34,940 nucleotides of DNA from Malassezia furfur (Eukaryota), in NCBI GenBank assembly GCA_052055015.1, contig JBQJIT010000075.1; one strand, 5' to 3'. The notes under the pieces are model-generated. The model saw only the letters and a list, made by a program, of their open reading frames with translations, did no database searches and was not told the DNA's origin. Below, piece by piece: positions 23,234 through 33,539 of the stretch. The position numbers were made by a program, and so were the translations under genes. Position 1 is the first letter of the stretch, and each line of letters begins with the position of its first letter.

Positions 23234-24291
23234 ATGGGAGAGCTGTACCTTCCGGAGGTGGACGTCGCCCGTCCGGGGCAGATTGTGGAGGAAAAGTTGA
23301 ACCTGCGCAATGAGGGTGTACGGCAATACTTCTTGATGCACTGGCTACCCACCGAGGACGGCCAGCCGGGCTCGACGCTCGCCCAGCCCAAGGCCGCGGT
23401 GGTGTTTGTGCATGGATTCGGCGAGCACGTCGGGCGCTACCGCAACATCTTCAAGATGTTCCCCGATCGCGGCTACCAGGTGTCCGGCTTTGACCAGCGG
23501 GGATACGGGCGCACTTGGTACGAGAACCCCGACCCCGACCTGACGCATGGCTGGACGACGTGGGAAGAGCAGATGAAGGACATCTCGCTCATGATCGAGC
23601 TCACGCGCCAGCGCCTCGACGAGCGGTGGGGCAAGAACGCTGTGCCGATCTACCTGATGGGGCACAGCATGGGCGGCGGCCTGACGGCCGGCTTCTTTAC
23701 GCGCCCGTCTGGCGTCGGCCCTACCGAGGAGGTCAAGGCGCTGGTCTCTGGCGCGATGCTCTCCGCGCCATGGCTCGACATTCATTTCCCGATCCCGCCG
23801 CAGCTTGGCGCGGTGCTGATGCGCATGGTGCTGGCGGTCGTCCCGCGTGTCCGTCTGCCGCTCGGTCCGCCGTCCAACGAACTGAGCCGCGATCCGAAAG
23901 TGTGCGAGGCGGTGCGCAGTGACCCGCTGTGCGACACGTACGTGTACACGCGTGGCCTGTACGACCCCTTGACCGAGGGCCCCAAAGTCGTCACGCAGGG
24001 CTACAAACGGTGGCCCAAGGAGCTGCCAATCATTATCGCGCACGGCACGGGCGATGCGGTGACCAAGTGGTCGTCGTCGTGGGAATTCTACGAGAACCTG
24101 AAGGGGCGCGGGTGTGACGCGACGTTCAAGTCTTACGACGGCTACTACCACGAGGCCTTCCACGAGCCGGGCGACCTGAAAAAGGACTTTGCCAACGGCT
24201 ATCTGGCGTATGTACCCCGATTGCTGACCTCAGCTGGCTCGATGCGCAGGTGGAGAAGCGGGCACCGGTGGCGGCGGCCGCGCAGGCATAG
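23234..24291 (+). CDS. YJU3: Monoglyceride lipase/lysophospholipase (alpha/beta hydrolase, Yju3-like); intron 24208-24233
   Basis: FVHGFGEH..RY, FDQRGYGRT, GHSMGG nucleophile, LSRDP, HGTGD and YHE motifs. The spliced end reads YLAWLDAQV. Confidence 0.87.
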
Positions 24292-24376
24292 TCGGGTAAT
24301 AGGGTCTGCTAGCAAAAAAGGCGCACATTTCCACATTTCAGAGGAATTTCGGCGCGCCGGGGCGATCTGACCGCCG

Positions 24377-25455
24377 ATGCATGAGGGGACCGAGCCGGGG
24401 AGACCCCGCGGGAGCCCCGCACCCAACGGCATGCTGCGACGAAAGAACGCGTGCTGGGCCACGCTGTTCACCGATGAACGCTACCTGCCCTGCCTTGCCG
24501 TATTCGTGGACAGCTTGGCGCGCCACAGATCTCGATACCCCCTCGTGGTAATGGTTACGGAGCAGGTCGATTCGTCGACGCGGGCCCTGCTCACCAGGTT
24601 CGGCTGCACCGTGCGCAGCATTCAGCGGTGGGAGATGGATATTGGCGACGTGCGTAGATGCGCAGCTAATGCAGGACGCCATGGCGTTTGCGCGCTTCAC
24701 CAACGTCTGGACCAAGTTGCGCGCATTTGAGCTGACCGAGTACGAGCGCGTGGTGCTGGTCGACTCGGACATGCTCGTCTGCCGGAACATGGACGAGCTG
24801 ATGGACGTGCCGCTCGGCACACCCGAGCACCCGGCGATTGCCGCGGGGTTTGCGTGTACGTGCAACCCGAACCGCATTCCGACGTACCCCTCCGACTGGT
24901 GCGTACGCAGCGCGCGACTGACGCGGCAGGATCCCGGCCCATTGTGCCTTTACACCGCAGGTTGCCCCCGCGTGTCATACCCAGCCCCTTGTCCTCACAC
25001 GCGACTCGGTGCGGACGCACCACCTGCTCAACGGCGGCCTGGTTGTCCTCGAGCCGACGCAGGCGCAGGTCGAGGCGCTCGCGGCGTTTGTCGCGACGCA
25101 CCGCGCCAAGCTCTTGACGTACCGCTTCCCCGACCAGGACCTGCTGGCGGACCTGTACTTCGGCCGGTTCTTGCCGCTCCCGTGGAAGTACAACGCGCTC
25201 AAAACGCTCCCCCGGTGCCACCCGGGGCTCTGGAGCGACGATGTGGTATGCAATGTACACTACATCCTCGATAAGCCGTGGGCCACCGGTTGGCCCGGAC
25301 CGCCGGACCGCGACGTGGACGCCCACCTGCATGGGTGGTGGTGGGCCGCGTACCATGCGCTGCAGCGCGACCCGGCGCGCGTCGGCCTCACTGCCAACGA
25401 GTGGACCTCCCGCATCGCGGTGCATGTAAACGACGCGCCGCGCCGGGAGCCGTAG
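24377..25455 (+). CDS. Glycosyltransferase family 8 protein (galactinol synthase/glycogenin-like); introns 24650-24674 and 24899-24929
   Basis: WATL..YL, YPLVVMVT, RF..VWTKLRAFELTEYERVVLVDSDML..NMDEL (DxD), ACTCNP..YP.DWIP..CAF, LNGGLVVL.P, FPDQDLL, YNALKTL, NVHYILDKPW. The start could be 24431. Confidence 0.9.
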
Positions 25456-25542
25456 CGGCATAGAGGAGAGCGAGCACGGCGGGGTATCACTACGGTGACT
25501 ACGGACGTGAGTCCCGCATTCACTTACCGTTCTGCCGGCGTT

Positions 25543-27105
25543 TCACGACGCAACCTTGGGCCGCTTCGCGTCGTCGGCCGGCGCCTCGGCGTCCGTGCTG
25601 GGCCGTTTGGCGAGCGACGATTCCGCGGGCGCCTCGTCGTAGTCGTGCTCGTCTTCGTACGCCGCATAGGGGTTCGGCGACTCGGCACCCACGCCTGCGT
25701 CTGTGTGCAGCGAGTCGGTCGGCTCGTAGTTCGGCTCGTAGTCCGCCTCGGGGTCGTCGGCGGCCGTGCGAGGGCCGTGCGAGGGTGCGGCCTGGGCCAC
25801 GTGGCTCGACAGGGCCGCGGCGGGGGGGTCGGCAGGGTCATTGTAGGCTTCGTAGGGGTCGGTAGCTTCGGCGGGTTCGGCGGCAGGGGCAGGGGCGTCT
25901 GTGTTGTCGGCACGATGGAGAGGATCAGACTGAGTGGCCTGGTCGGCCTCTTTTGGATCTTTTTCGGCATCCGCCTTGTCGGCTTCTGCCTTGTCGGCCG
26001 CTTCCGCGTCGGCGTCTTCCGCCTCGTCGGCCTTTGCCTCATCGGCCTCTGCCTGGGCATCTTCTGCGTCGGCATCCTCCGCCTCGTCGTCGCCTGCCTC
26101 GTCTTCTTCTGCCTCATGGCCTTCTGCCTCTTGGCCTTCTGCCTCATGGCCTTCTGTCTCATGGCCTTCTGCCTCAGTGGCCTCTTCCGCTTCGCCCGCC
26201 TCTGCCTCGATGGCTTCCTCGTCCTCTTCCTCTTCTTCCTCCGCGTCCATTTCGTCGGCCTCCTCGTCGGCCTCCTCGTCGGCCTCCTCGTCGGCCTCGT
26301 CGGCCCCTTTTGCATGCTCAGCATCCTCGGCATCGTCCAGTACGGCCTCTTCGGCCTCGTCGACATCGTCCGCCGCGTCGCCTTCCGCCGCGTCGCCCTC
26401 CGCCGCGTCGCCCTCCGCCGCGTCGCCCTCCGCCGCGTCGCCTTCCGCCTCGTCGGCTTCGTCGCTCTCCGCTGCGTCGGCCGCACGCGCATCGCTCGGC
26501 ACCTCGTCGGCTGCGTCGGTGTCCTCCTCAATCTCGGCACCGCTATGTGCTTCCCAGCTTGCCTCGTCGGCGTCGTTCATCATCGTCGCCAGTTCATTGT
26601 AGCGCGAAATAAAACGTGGCACCTGCGTCACGACGACCTGTACGCTCGCCTGGATCCCGAACCCGAGCGCGAGGAGGCACACGTCATGCAGCGAGATCTC
26701 GCGTGTGTACATATCGTCTTCCTGGACACTCAAATCCAGGTCGGGGAAGGTGAGGGACAGCGCCGTATCGGTGTCGAGGAACTCGCCGAGCGCCTCGGGC
26801 ACCCGCAGCGCGGCGAAAAACGACTCGAGCGGGTCCCAGTACGCGTCCTCCGGCACGACCAGCTCCGGTGCGGCGACACGCTCGGGCTCGTCGGCATCCG
26901 GACGCGCCGCGAGAAAGACCGGTCCATGGTCGCTGCGCGCCGGAAAGACGGCGAAATCTTGCTCGTGAAACGTCAGGCGCAGGGTGTGTGGCGTGTCATC
27001 CGATGCCTCGCCAATGTCTACATCGCTGCTGCGCTTTGCGTCGCTCGGCACGGTGGCCGGCTCGGGGTCCGCCCGCGTCGCGGCTGCCTGCGCCCCGCCG
27101 TGCAT
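25543..27105 (-). CDS. Acidic low-complexity protein with a DUF2420/Rmr1-like N-terminal domain
   Basis: FFAALR..L.LTFPDLDLSVQEDDMYTREISLHD...PRFISRYNEL resembles the fungal DUF2420 domain as I recall it. It is followed by an E/D/A-rich tract and a basic KRP..KRPK tail (NLS-like). Confidence 0.65.
   Translation of the reverse strand: MHGGAQAAATRADPEPATVPSDAKRSSDVDIGEASDDTPHTLRLTFHEQDFAVFPARSDHGPVFLAARPDADEPERVAAPELVVPEDAYWDPLESFFAALRVPEALGEFLDTDTALSLTFPDLDLSVQEDDMYTREISLHDVCLLALGFGIQASVQVVVTQVPRFISRYNELATMMNDADEASWEAHSGAEIEEDTDAADEVPSDARAADAAESDEADEAEGDAAEGDAAEGDAAEGDAAEGDAADDVDEAEEAVLDDAEDAEHAKGADEADEEADEEADEEADEMDAEEEEEEDEEAIEAEAGEAEEATEAEGHETEGHEAEGQEAEGHEAEEDEAGDDEAEDADAEDAQAEADEAKADEAEDADAEAADKAEADKADAEKDPKEADQATQSDPLHRADNTDAPAPAAEPAEATDPYEAYNDPADPPAAALSSHVAQAAPSHGPRTAADDPEADYEPNYEPTDSLHTDAGVGAESPNPYAAYEDEHDYDEAPAESSLAKRPSTDAEAPADDAKRPKVAS
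26369..26449. repeat. 15-nt tandem repeat (TCCGCCGCGTCGCCY) x5 encoding (EGDAA)n
   Basis: Directly visible. Neighbouring 12-nt (EADE) repeats lie at ~26261-26300 and 15-nt (EAEGH-like) repeats at ~26106-26175. Confidence 0.9.
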
Positions 27106-27210
27106 CGTCGTCCAAAGCGCACGTGACGCGGCGGCGGGGCAAGGGGGGGAGAGGGACGCGGACAGGGGGAAGGCTGCGCGCGTGCGTTGGGGGTCGTGTG
27201 CCTATCGTGG

Positions 27211-30200
27211 CTACAGGTTCGGCGCCTCGTCATCGCTCGAGTCCGAGTCGTCGCTCGGGGGGAGCGGCGTGTCGCCCAGATACGACGACGGCACGTCGAG
27301 GGCGGGCGCGGGCGGCGGCTGCGCGGACGATCCGCCCGCGGCGATATGGGCGCGCGTCTTTTCGCTTGACTTGCCGCCGATCTCCCGCGTGGTGCGGCGG
27401 CGGTAAAAGAGGAGGTAAGCTGCGCTGCTCTTCACCGTCTCGGGGTCGCTGACCGGGCGCACGCTCGAGTCGTCGTAGTTGTACCACCGCCCGTCCTCGG
27501 GGTTCTTGGCAAACGCCGTATAGTGTCCGCCGCCGAGCCCGCCAAAGTGGTTGTCCACCGCGTAGAGATCGTAGATGGGCCGGTCTGCGGCGACCTCGTC
27601 GTCGTGTGCATCGTGTGCGACGCGGAACTTGTCGCCCTGCGTCACGGCCGGCGGCGCGTCGAGCTGCAGCTCGTGCACGAGCTGCGTCCCCACAACGCGG
27701 TCGCTCAGGTCGAGGCCAGTGATGGGGAAGTCGATGAAGTTGTCGAGCTTGTCGCGAGCCATGCGCCCCGCGCTGAACCGCTTGAGGTGCACGACGAGGA
27801 TGTCGGGCACCTTCCAGAGGTCAAACTTCTTCATCGCCTGGCGGAACTCTTTGCACTGCGGGCAGTACCACAAGTCGTGCTCGCCGAGCTGCTCGGCGCG
27901 GGTGAACTCGTCGAGGCAGTCGTCCAGCTGCAGCTTGGGCGTCCGCCGCCGTCCATCGGCGAGCTGCGCCGAGGTCTTTTCGAACTCGGGGTCCTGCACC
28001 TCGCGCACTTCGCCCCACGCATGGCTCGGCGGCGGGGCGTCAAAGAGCGCGTGCGCTGCCGCGGCGTCCCAGAGGCAAAAGAGCGCGCCGCCGTTGTACA
28101 GCGGCGGCCACCCCGCGGGGTCGGTGAGCCGCGCCATGCGCGCGTCGAGCGGCTCGGTGGTGTGCTCGGAGGCCTCGTCGCCGCGGTGCATCGTCTCGTC
28201 GCTGGGCGGCGCGGCAAAGCGCACCTCGCACACGGGCGTGTCCGGCGTGGCGCCCTCGGAGCGCGGCGCAGACGCCATGCGCTCGCGGAAGGCCGCGACG
28301 GAGTCGGTGGGGTGCTTGCTGAAGCGGATGTACTGCCGCACCATGGCGTCGACGATCGCGTCGGCGTTGCGCGCATCGGCCTGGGCGACGGTCACAAAGA
28401 AGGGCAGGCCAAAGCCCTCGCCGAGCGTCCGGCGGAAGGAGCCGAAGCGGCTCGCGCCCGAGGCATCGGGCGCCAGGCACGAGTACACGGGCAGCGTCAC
28501 GCTCTCGGACGCGGCGGGCGGCGCAAAGCTCGTCTCGAGGTCGGCAATCGAGCGCGTGGCGCCCTTCAGGAAGCCGAGGCGCCCGCCGGCCTTGCGCGCG
28601 GCGGGCATCGCAAATGGCGCGGGCTGCTCCCAGAGGTAGACGTAGTCGCCCGCGCTGATGTCGCGCACCGGCTCGTAGTCGGCGAGCCAGCGGTAGACGT
28701 GGTGCGACCACACCTCGCCGACGACGAGCGTCGCCGCGTCCAGGCCGAGCACGGCCGCCGCCTTCTCGCGGAGCTGCGCGACGGTGGCCGTGGCGGGCAG
28801 CTGCACGTCGAGCTGCGTCACCGCCGGCGTCGCCGTACGGCCGACGACGTACACGCGCCCGCGCCACTTGCGCGTGTTGGGGATCGGCAGCGTGAGGTAC
28901 ATGAACGGGTCGAACTTGATCGACACCTTGTCGCACACCGGGCACACGAGCGTGCTGCGGTACTGCCCCTGGAACAGGTCGACGATCATCGAGTCGTTGC
29001 GCGCCTTGTAGATGTCCCACTGCTGCTGCGCAAAGCGCACCATGTCGGCGTCGCTGCCACCCGGCCAGTCGGGCGCCTCGATGTACGGCTTCTGGAGGAT
29101 GCGGTTCAAGTCCTCGTGCAGGCCGTCCAGCAGGAACGCAAGCAGCTCCTGGCTGTCCTGCTGCGCGTAGCCGGTAAACTGCGGCGCAAAGCGCGCGAGC
29201 GCCGTCTTGAACTCGCGCGGGACGACCGCGCCGCTGTGCTGCGCGCTCCACAGCTGCTGCATCAGCCGCCCAAATGCGCCGGCGATCGCGCCGCCCATCC
29301 CGAGCGGGTTGTCCGTGTTGATCTCGTCGTAGTGCACCTCGTGCAGAAAGTAGCGCTGCAGCTCGGGCGTGTTGCTCAGGCACTGCAGCGCGCTGTTCAT
29401 GAAGCACGTGTTGCCCAGGTTCGCCAGGCCGCGCAGGCCACGCACCGCGCCGGACGCGCCGCGCGCACTGCGCGTCAGCCGCATCGGCGCCAGATGCACC
29501 TGCCAGTGCCCGTCGGTGCGCACGTCCACCGCGAGCACGCTCTGCGGCGCATCGAGCTGCAGCGCACCGAGCGTCGCGCTCTCGGCGCCCTCGACGACTT
29601 CGGCGAGCGGCACGACGGTGCGCACGTCGACCTCGGCCACGACGCCGCCCTGCGCCTCGGCGCGCGTGCGCAGCGACGCCGGCACACGCACAAAGCGCAG
29701 GTCCGCATCGTCCACACGCAGCGCCAGCACCGCGCGCGTCTGCGCCTTGAGCTTGCCGAGCGTCGACGCAGCCGACAGCGTGAGGCTCGGCACGCTCGTC
29801 GGCGCCGCGCCGGGCGTGCCGATCCGCACGAGGTCGAGCGTGGGGGGGAACAGCTCGATGCGCGGCGCGTGCGTCGCGTGCGCGCCCGCAATCACGGCGC
29901 ACGGCAGCGCGGGGCCGCGCTGCCCGTACTGCGCCACGAGCTGGTCCCAGGCCGCGCGGGGCACCAGCTCAAAGTCGATGCCCTCCATCGTGCCCATGCG
30001 CAGGCGCTGCGTCCCAGGGACGTGCAACGCGGTCGTGTCGATCTCCGTCGTGCCCGCGGGGTCCGCGATAAACGTCTTGTACCAGCGCGCGGGCACCACG
30101 TACCACGTCTCGCCGATGCGCGGGCGCGCGGCCTTGGCGGCCGCGACGTCGCGCACAAGGGGGTCGGCCGATCGCGCATCGTGCAGCTGCAGCTCCGGGT

Positions 30201-30447
30201 CCTGCAGCAGCGAGTCGACGGCCTCGTCGTGCTTGTGTGTCATGTCCTCCTCGTCGTCCGCGGCCAGGGGGTGTGTGGCAGCGGGGGGGCGTGTGTAGGC
30301 AATCCGCTCCGACGTATCTGCGTCGGTGCTCGAGCAGTCCGTATCGGGGCTCGTGGTGCGTGCGCGCTTGAAGCGGTCCAGCACCGTCTCTCGCGCTTCC
30401 GGTCGTGTACAAGCCTCGTCTGTCCCACTCGCAGCGGGATGAGGCAT
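27211..30447 (-). CDS. UBP12: Ubiquitin-specific protease, DUSP-UBL-USP architecture (Ubp12/USP4/15-like)
   Basis: DUSP-like WYVVPARWY..DFELVP..AW..L..YG; Cys box GLANLGNTCFMNSALQCL; QQDSQELLAFLLDGLHEDLNRI; His box YDLYAVDNHFGGLGGGHYTA..WYNYDDSSV..AAYLLFYRRR. Start taken at MPHPAAS (30447). Confidence 0.92.
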   Translation of the reverse strand: MPHPAASGTDEACTRPEARETVLDRFKRARTTSPDTDCSSTDADTSERIAYTRPPAATHPLAADDEEDMTHKHDEAVDSLLQDPELQLHDARSADPLVRDVAAAKAARPRIGETWYVVPARWYKTFIADPAGTTEIDTTALHVPGTQRLRMGTMEGIDFELVPRAAWDQLVAQYGQRGPALPCAVIAGAHATHAPRIELFPPTLDLVRIGTPGAAPTSVPSLTLSAASTLGKLKAQTRAVLALRVDDADLRFVRVPASLRTRAEAQGGVVAEVDVRTVVPLAEVVEGAESATLGALQLDAPQSVLAVDVRTDGHWQVHLAPMRLTRSARGASGAVRGLRGLANLGNTCFMNSALQCLSNTPELQRYFLHEVHYDEINTDNPLGMGGAIAGAFGRLMQQLWSAQHSGAVVPREFKTALARFAPQFTGYAQQDSQELLAFLLDGLHEDLNRILQKPYIEAPDWPGGSDADMVRFAQQQWDIYKARNDSMIVDLFQGQYRSTLVCPVCDKVSIKFDPFMYLTLPIPNTRKWRGRVYVVGRTATPAVTQLDVQLPATATVAQLREKAAAVLGLDAATLVVGEVWSHHVYRWLADYEPVRDISAGDYVYLWEQPAPFAMPAARKAGGRLGFLKGATRSIADLETSFAPPAASESVTLPVYSCLAPDASGASRFGSFRRTLGEGFGLPFFVTVAQADARNADAIVDAMVRQYIRFSKHPTDSVAAFRERMASAPRSEGATPDTPVCEVRFAAPPSDETMHRGDEASEHTTEPLDARMARLTDPAGWPPLYNGGALFCLWDAAAAHALFDAPPPSHAWGEVREVQDPEFEKTSAQLADGRRRTPKLQLDDCLDEFTRAEQLGEHDLWYCPQCKEFRQAMKKFDLWKVPDILVVHLKRFSAGRMARDKLDNFIDFPITGLDLSDRVVGTQLVHELQLDAPPAVTQGDKFRVAHDAHDDEVAADRPIYDLYAVDNHFGGLGGGHYTAFAKNPEDGRWYNYDDSSVRPVSDPETVKSSAAYLLFYRRRTTREIGGKSSEKTRAHIAAGGSSAQPPPAPALDVPSSYLGDTPLPPSDDSDSSDDEAPNL

Positions 30448-30779
30448 CGACTCGCGCACGCGTCCAGCACGAAGACGACCCGGGGCAGGTAGGGGTCGTG
30501 CGTAGGTTATTCGGCAACGTGGGTGTCCCCACGTGGAGCGAAATTCCGACGGCCGGAAAAAAAAAAAAAAAACACACAACCCTGGACGCTTATCTGCCGC
30601 AGCCATCGTCGCGCGCGCGGCGCGGCATAGCGCCACGGCGGCACCGGCGTGCGCACGGCGACATGGGTGTGTGTACGCTGCACACCCCACGCATGCTGGC
30701 CGGAGGTAGCACACAGCATGCAAGCATACGCACGAGACGTACGTGGCAGACGTTGGGCGGACGTCCTGCGGTGCCGATT

Positions 30780-31140
30780 CGGCAGCGCCCGCGCCCGCCT
30801 GCCCGCGCGCCCGCCCGGTCAGGAGCGCGCACGACGGAGAGGTCGTGCGCTTGTCAGCACCCCGTCTAACACTCTGTTGCCAACCGGCTACGGCCCTCTA
30901 TGGTTGCCATCAATTTTCGACGACGGGTAGAGGAATCGCCTGCGCAGACACCGAACCGCTAGCCCTGCAAGGAGCGGCGCGGTCATTCCGTTCAGGGGAC
31001 ACCTGTAGCACCGTAGACCCACCGTGGCCGCGAGCTGGACGTGTGCACCGGGCGCCGCGCGCCCCCCGACCGCCCCTGTCTTCCTATCGAGGAATTATGC
31101 ACGGGTGGGGCAGCGGCGCGGCGGCCGTGGCTTTTTTTGG
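30780..31140 (+). ncRNA. Candidate structured ncRNA with telomerase-RNA-like layout
   Basis: 9-bp hairpin 30827-30850; CTAACACT 30866-30873; possible H-type pseudoknot 30881-30933; possible three-way junction 30941-31010; 3' hairpin 31054-31122; T7 at 31132-31138. Folded by eye only. Confidence 0.35.
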
Positions 31141-31210
31141 CCACGACGCTGACGACGTGCGTGGTTGATCGCGATACGGTGCCGAGTTTCGCGTGAGATC
31201 CCTTTGTACG

Positions 31211-32071
31211 ATGCCGACCTCGAATGAACGACCCGCCAACGTCGTGACGATCACGTCGCCCGACATGTTCACGGGCCTGATGCAGCAAGATCTGGAGCGC
31301 GTGACCCTGCTCAACTTCTGGGCGCCGTGGGCGCAGCCGTGCGAGCAGATGAACCAGGCGGTGGCCGAGTTTGCCGCGCGCTACCCCAAGGTGCTGTTTA
31401 TGAACGTCGAGGCCGAGGAACAGCCGGATGTGGCGGAATCCTTCGACGTGGAGGCCGTGCCGACCGTGGTGCTCCTGCGGGGGCACACGCTGCTGGCCAA
31501 GACGAGTGGGTGCAATGTGGCGGCGGTGGCCGAGGCGCTGGCGCTGCACGCGCGCGACGGCAGCGTGCGTGGTGCCGAGGGCCTTGCGCACACGAATGCG
31601 GCGCCGCAGCCCGCGCCGAGCACCTATGCGGCGGCCGGCGGCGCGGCGGCCGCGAGCGGTGCGGCGATGCCCGCGGCGGACGACACGCGGCTGCACGAGC
31701 TGCCTGCGGGCCTGAACGTGGATGGCGAGTCGCCGCAGGACACCGAGCGCCGGTGCCGCGAGCTGATGAACCGGTCCAAGGTGATGCTGTTCATGAAGGG
31801 CCACCCCGGCATGCCGCGGTGTGGCTTTAGCCAAAAGACGGTGGCCTTGCTACGGGACCAGGGCGTGGAGTTTGACCACTACGATATCCTTTCGGACGAA
31901 AATGTGCGGCAGACGCTCAAGCGGATCAACGACTGGCCGACGTTCCCCCAGATCATTGTGAATGGCGAGCTGATCGGCGGCCTGGACATTCTCAAGGTGC
32001 GTGCCCCCCCGCGCTGACCGCAGGAACAAATCGCCACCGGCGAGCTGGCCGACCTCCTCCGCAGTGCATAG
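31211..32071 (+). CDS. GRX4: Monothiol glutaredoxin with N-terminal thioredoxin domain (Grx3/4); intron 31997-32023
   Basis: LNFWAPWAQPCEQMN Trx-like domain; VMLFMKG.P..PRCGFSQ (CGFS) and WPTFPQ..GELIGGLDILKE. Confidence 0.94.
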
Positions 32072-32112
32072 ATCACGTGAGTAACGCGCCGCGCGGGTGT
32101 GTTGGTGTAACG

Positions 32113-33521
32113 ATGCCGCCGATGGGCGCGCCCGGCGCGGGGCCGATCGACCAGACGTACACGTCGTTCCCGGCGGTGAAGACCGAGGAGCTGCTCAGCG
32201 TCTTGCAGGAGATGGGGCTCGCGGTGAGTGCCGAGGACGTCGCCAAGCCACAGAGCGCGATGGTGCAGCGCGTCTACATGGCGTTCCTCGACACGCTCGC
32301 GGGCACGCTGCCGGACATGCTGGACGCGCGGCGCGACGAGGCGTGTGCGCGCATGGAGCACAGCGTACGTAGCGCGTGTCTCACCGCAGGAAATCTTTGA
32401 GGACGGCGTCGCGTGGCTCCTGTTCTACCGCGAAGTGTACGTCGCCTCCCCCGCCCTGACCCAGACGCGCGATGATGGACGCCGCGACCGTGCACGACTT
32501 CCACCTGCAGGACCTCACGCGCCCGCACCCCAAGCGCTTCAAGCGGCACATGTCGGCGCTCGTCAACTTCTTCCGCTTCCGCTCCGACCGCCTCGCCGAG
32601 TTTGACGAGCTGGTGCTCGACACCGAAGAGCTCGAGAACCGGCGCCTGGACCTCGAGGAGGGCAGCGAGCAGGTGCGTGCGGCGCTCGACGCGCTTGCGG
32701 CGCAGCGGCGCGACGAGGAGCCGCAGGTGCACGCGCTGCGCGAGCGCAACCTCGCGCTGTCCGACCAGCTGCTCCGCCTCAAGAAGGAGCAGGGCAAGCT
32801 GCTCGCCGAGGTCGACGCGCTCAAAGGCGAGAAGGCGCAGCTCGCGCAGCACCAGACCGACGTGCAGCACGAGCTGCACACGGTGCACACCGAGCTGCAC
32901 AAGCTCCAAGCGCGCCTGGCCGCGCGGCCCGACGACGTGCGTAGACAGATTGCCGACCTGCACACGCAGGCGGCGCAGGAGCGCGCAGGCGTGCGCGACG
33001 CCGAGGCCAAGGCCGCGGCGCTGGCGGCGAAGCTGCAGGTACTTGCGCAGCTTGACACGGACGTCGCGCACGCGCTTGCGGCGCTCGAGCAGATCGCCGG
33101 CGCGCTGGAGCGCATCGCGCGCGAGACGCGCATCCTCGACGAGGCGCAGCACGCGCTTGCGGCGCACGACGAGGAGCGCACGGCGCTCGAGGCGCGGCAC
33201 GCGGAGCTTGCGCGCGAGACGGAGCACGCGACGCATGCGCTTGCCGCGCGGCGCGCCGAGCTCGAGGCGCAGCGCAGCGCGAGCCAAGCGCGGCTCGACG
33301 CGCTCACCGCGCGCCTCGGCGAGGTGTCGCGCACGCGCAAGGAGCGGCACGCGCTCGCCGAGCTGCGCACGAACGAGGCGCAGGCGGTGGAGCAGGAGAT
33401 CGAGTCGGTGCTGCAGGCGCACGAGGCGCACTACGCCAAGATGCAGCGCGACAAGGACGCGCTGTGCCGCACCGCGGCGGCGTACATGGACGCGCTCACG
33501 CGCGCGCTCGCGCATGCATAG
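32113..33521 (+). CDS. NUF2: Kinetochore protein Nuf2 (Ndc80 complex); introns 32365-32389 and 32437-32464
   Basis: SFPAVKTEELLSVLQEMG..EDVAKP; DFHLQDLTRP.PKRFKRHMSALVNFFRFR; long C-terminal coiled coil. Confidence 0.9.
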
Positions 33522-33539
33522 GTTTTCTACAGGTGTACA

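Noticed and set aside
27523..30492. Very long antisense or alternate-frame ORFs (also 5762-7855, 12914-14596, 20007-21545, 25495-27126, 28040-29902)
   Set aside because: Shadows of real genes caused by high GC and codon bias; the translations are R/A/G/V-rich with no recognisable motifs.
30557..30572. A16 homopolymer as a retroelement tail
   Set aside because: No adjacent element body or target-site duplication; more likely a promoter poly(dA:dT) tract.
30950..30983. Hairpin with GCAA loop and GGAGC resembling SRP RNA helix 8
   Set aside because: It lacks the conserved CAGG...AGCA internal loop. Kept only as an alternative to test with Rfam.
31095..31105. TTATGCACGGG resembles the 5' end of S. 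cerevisiae U4 snRNA
   Set aside because: No U4 5' stem-loop/kink-turn or stem I sequence follows; probably a chance match.
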